Assembly: GCF_009914755.1 (NCBI RefSeq) | Contig: NC_060926.1 | Direction: 5' to 3' (one strand) | Length of the DNA: 64,000 nt | Origin: the human T2T-CHM13v2.0 reference genome, Homo sapiens | Shown here: in pieces, positions 60,102 through 64,000 of the stretch | Layout of the letters: the number at the start of each line of letters is the position of its first letter | Position numbering within the stretch: the stretch's first letter is position 1 | Program-made: the position numbers and the translations under genes | The notes under the pieces: model-generated | The model's input: the letters and a program-made list of their open reading frames with translations, nothing else | Told to the model about the DNA's origin: nothing | Database searches by the model: none

Positions 60102-61065
60102 TGAAACCATAACCTATAATATTTATATTTATAATATCTTTTAATTAGCTAAGTTTATCATTTAATGTTCATATTTTAAATAGAACATGAATCTTAAATT
60201 GTTAATTTTGAAATGTAGTGAATTATTGTTTCAGATGGATATTTGGCTGTTATGATGTTTTTTACTTATATATTTATTTTAAATTCTTTGTTGTCTTCAT
60301 GCCAAAGTTACTGTTTCTGAAGAGCAGAAGTTGTAATTTTAGGTGGTGATGCGATATAATCCATCTTACTGCATAGTGGGTAAAAAACAGAAACTACATT
60401 AATAAACTTACCCCATCAGTTGAATACCAAACAGGTATTCCAGACAGGTGGGGGTACTGTTGGTAGTAGGAAGACAGGAAGAAAAGAGAAAAAGATTAAA
60501 TAGCTCAGAAAGGGGAAAAAAATAAGCAGAGGTGAAGGCTGAAGGAGCATGTGGCTTGGCACTATTTTGTTGCTTTAGGATTCTTTCCATGGCCACTGCC
60601 ATCCCTGGGTTACAGGTTACAGGAGGGCTGTGACATTTGTATCTTTCGTCATGTCAAATCTCTGATTTAATCTGGTCTTGCTGTTAAGGAAAACGCCTTG
60701 CCGGAAGAGGTCATTTAACCATGTACTAGGAGAGTCAGGACTAGAATGTGCTCTTGCTCATTCAAAACACTCCCTGAAGAAATATTTCCTCCTGAGGTAC
60801 ATGTGTTAAGAGCAAATCAGTCATATTTTCTTAGTTTAAACTGAAACGAACAAAAACTTGGAGAGGACAGAAAGTTAGGATCTGCTATACAGAAAGCTGT
60901 ATTCTAATAGATTTCTCTTTTCAAGTATAGCGTTAGCATTGTTTGTTGGAGGCAGAAACCAGAATATGCTGCCACATTATTTAAGACTGATAATTGCTGC
61001 TAGATTTTTTTAAGAGGTGTTCTCTGATTTTTAAAAATAGAAATTAAAATTTAATATTTTTGCAG

Positions 61066-61155
61066 GTATCTGATGGTATAATTGCCCCAGGATATGAAGA
61101 AGAAGCCTTGACAATACTTTCCAAAAAGAAAAATGGAAACTATTGTGTCCTTCAG
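61066..61155 (+). CDS. ATIC: ATIC exon 11 ([30 protein letters not shown])
   Basis: tttgcag| acceptor, CAG|gtgagt donor, 90 nt. Confidence 0.98.
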
Positions 61156-61559
61156 GTGAGTGCAATTCATGTTTGAAGCGGTAATTTGCTCTTTTATTCT
61201 GTGTCTCTTTCTCCCTTGTTTACTCTTTCCTTTATACTCATACCCTTCTAGTTTATCCTTATTATAGTTTATTTTCCCCAATCCTGCATTTAAAAAAATA
61301 CTATTAACTTGGGGTTTTGAGATGAGAGTAGCTTTCTTACCCTCAATTTTAACTTTTTGCTGGTTGTGATGGCTCATGCCTATAATTTCAGCCACTTGAG
61401 AGGCTGATGTGGGAGGATGGCTTGAGGCCAAGAATTGGAGGCTGTATTGTGGTACTATGATGCCTGTGAATAACGACTGCACTCCAGCCTTGGCAGTGTA
61501 GTAAGACCATGTCTCTAAAATACTAATAATAGTAACAATATTTAATGGAAAGTCTCTCC

Positions 61560-62150
61560 ATCCTTCTGTTACCTTTTGAAAAGATAACTATTTTAAATTT
61601 CTTGCTTATCTTTCCTGAAATAGTCTATATATTCAGCAAATATTTGCATGTGCATTTCTTTTTCTATTTTCCTATTGACACAAGTGCACCCTGCTTCACC
61701 TTCTTGGAAGTTTGTCCTGTATCTGTGTATTTTAACTTACCTAGACAGTCACCAATCTTTAGCTACTACAAATACCCCTGCAGTGAATAACCTAGAAAAG
61801 TCCTGAGAGTGAAATTAAGGCTTAATAACAAGCTCTATGTATATTGGTAATCTTAATTGATACTGCCCCTTTTAGATGTTGTAGGCAAATTCATTGTCCT
61901 AACTGAAATATATAAGGATGCCTGTTTCCCAACACTTTTGTCAGCATTGTGGTTTTATACTTTTAAAAAGTCTCTGCAGTTAGAAAATGGCATCTCAATG
62001 TAGTTTTAACATTGTGTGTGGTATGAGCATCTTTTCATGTTTGAATGTTTTTATTCCTTTCTATGAACTGTCTTTCCATATTCTTTGATGATTTTTCTAC
62101 TAAGTTGTTGTTGGCTTTTTTTTTTTTTTAACTGATTTTTATGAGCTCTT
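61560..62150 (-). mobile_element. Old antisense L1ME-like fragment
   Basis: cctgagagtgaaatt; gcctgtttcccaacac; gagcatcttttcatgttt; ttctatgaactgtct. Confidence 0.55.
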
Positions 62151-62418
62151 CTGTATTGGGAAAAGTAGCTCATGGTCTAAGATTATGCATTGATAAAGCA
62201 AAGAGTTATTTCAATTTAAAGTAAAAATTCCTAATGCTACTTTTCATAGTATTGATATCAGAACTCTGTGGAATCCTAATTCCTTACAAGGAAAGTTATT
62301 AAGTATATTCTTTTGATTGTAAGATACCAATAATTTTATAGTTCACCATAGATTCCATGTCAGCTATTTAAGGAAAGAAGAGAATACCACATTAAAGTTA
62401 ATACTTATTTTTTTTTAG

Positions 62419-62706
<288 letters not shown>

Positions 62707-63808
62707 TAATCAAGTTTTTTTTTTGTTGTTGTTGTTAAGAGTGTTATGTACTTAACAACCATTAGCATTTTCTTGTAGCATCATGGAAAATATTTTCCAA
62801 AACCTGAGTCATTTTCTTGATCTCTTTAACACCTGATAGTTGGAGAGTGTCAAAGGAATATCAGGACTTCATTGGTATTTTACTTATTTGAGAATTTGGC
62901 TTAGTTTGCACATTGGACGCATGATTATAAGCATGAGACAACTTATCCCTCTACCTGACTAATGATAAGTTTCTCCTAGCATCAGTTAATAGGAGAGCAT
63001 ATCAATTTTAGAAATTTTATAGTGCATAATACAAAGGAACATTTTAGAATTCAAGAAAATGTAGATTAAACAGAACTAATATTTACGGGGTCTTGCTTAT
63101 AAATTATATGTCAGGGCTTTCTAAATCAAAGATCATCCAAAGCATAAAGAAGAAATAGTGTCAAGTTTAAAAAAATATCCAGGGAGAGAGTAGTGTTACA
63201 CGTATTGTTCCACACACCTTAATGTTCTTTCGGCTCAAAATTTGGGAGAGGAAGATGGCAGTAAATGATACAAATTCCTTCCAAATAGCAAAGACACAGA
63301 TTACAAATCCTGTTTTCTCACTTTTAGCTTTCAATTCCTGGGTTAGCTGGGTATTTTGTAACAGATTTTTAGAAAGGAAAATTAGAATTTAATTTTTGTG
63401 CCATTGCTTATTTAATTAGCACATCTGTTTTATCTGCTGACCTTCCAAAAGAACCATATAGGTAGTAACTTAACCAAAAATACACTCACTGGAATCATTG
63501 TTTTTTAACATGTTGTATATAGGTTGTAAAATCTATAAAATACTATTGGGTAGTAAAATCTATAAAAGACTTTGGAGAAAAATATTAGCGCCTGGCTGTT
63601 GTATCATACCAGAATGTTGAATTGTATCATACCAGAATGATTTAACACATCATTTGTTGTGTGAGAAAAATTAGAAAATTAGAAAACTGTAAAAAATTAG
63701 AAACATGCATATAACTTTACTTACAATGAAATCTTTTGTATATAAATTAAATGAAAAATTTGAGGGAAGTGGAGAGATTAACTTTAACTTTTAAAATTTG
63801 TATTTTAG

Positions 63809-63997
<189 letters not shown>

Positions 63998-64000
63998 TAA

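Noticed and set aside
61063-61073. CAG|GTATCT at the exon 11 start as a U12 donor or recursive splice site
   Set aside because: Lacks the RTATCCTT U12 consensus; weak as a U2 donor; explained by Val-Ser codons

Overview
Primate (human-type) genomic DNA, dense in Alu, L1, MaLR and L2 repeats. The only protein-coding gene is ATIC (PURH, bifunctional AICAR transformylase / IMP cyclohydrolase, chr2q35) on the + strand. It has a CpG-island promoter at ~36.8-37.5 kb and coding exons 1-12 (37175-63937, codons 1-409, all GT-AG, frame continuous); the gene runs off the window's right end. The upstream 36.7 kb is intergenic: Alus, MLT1 LTRs, an L1PA 3' end, DNA-transposon relics (MADE1, MER20, MER33), a U13 snoRNA retrocopy, a tRNA-derived SINE head and long GA/TC tracts. 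Almost all listed ORFs are Alu, microsatellite or GC-rich artefacts. I found no evidence of a novel multi-gene system. The best non-routine observations are: (1) a 43-nt tract with 5 shared non-consensus bases in two Alus 28 kb apart (probable ectopic gene conversion); (2) a scrambled templated-insertion scar copied from 1.8 kb away; (3) a U13 retrocopy carrying two nested Alus; (4) trimeric Alus bounded by single TSD pairs; (5) an Alu indel creating a CACGTGAC E-box just upstream of the ATIC promoter; (6) an in-frame intronic alternative start (MSSLS-); (7) candidate poison splice sites. Repeat boundaries and subfamily names were assigned by eye and are approximate.
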